DNA of 64,000 nt from Nitrosopumilus sp. (GTDB lineage Archaea; Thermoproteota; Nitrososphaeria; Nitrososphaerales; Nitrosopumilaceae), in NCBI GenBank assembly GCA_965214775.1, contig OZ243974.1:224001-288000 (forward strand). The letters run 5' to 3'. Within the stretch, counting starts at the first letter, position 1. Every line of letters begins with the position of its first letter. The position numbers and the translations under genes were made by a program. The notes below the pieces were generated by a model. The model did no database searches, was not told the DNA's origin, and was given only the letters and a program-made list of their open reading frames with translations. Positions 63,969-64,000 of the stretch are shown piece by piece.

Positions 63969-64000
63969 TCGATTATCGAATCGACATCGTTGCCTTTCTT

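Overview
Core chromosome of an ammonia-oxidising archaeon (Nitrosopumilaceae-like), identified by type IB topoisomerase, split MetH, the 3HP/4HB-cycle synthetase/dehydratase pair, LysW-type Arg/Lys biosynthesis and an intron-containing tRNA-Met. The heavy IS/MITE load, a secreted serpin and a giant subtilase suggest a host-associated lineage, possibly a sponge symbiont (inference). Three accessory zones interrupt the core genes. (1) 1-4.3 kb: a secreted protein plus nested IS630/IS481/IS5/MITE elements. (2) 22.6-33.7 kb: a ~1686-aa S8 protease split by two IS630 elements, next to a serpin whose promoter, signal peptide and leader are nearly identical to those of the gene at 1-1107. (3) 48.2-53.3 kb: a CARF-like/wHTH regulator divergent from PIN, membrane-protein and beta-CASP nuclease genes, ending in a 34-bp repeat/39-bp spacer/34-bp repeat. 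The best novelty candidates are this CARF-PIN-RNase J island, a second LysW ending in EDWGQ instead of EDWGE, the shared secretion-leader cassette, and TA-ended IS630-type elements that duplicate CG. All calls come from reading motifs by eye; no database searches were run.
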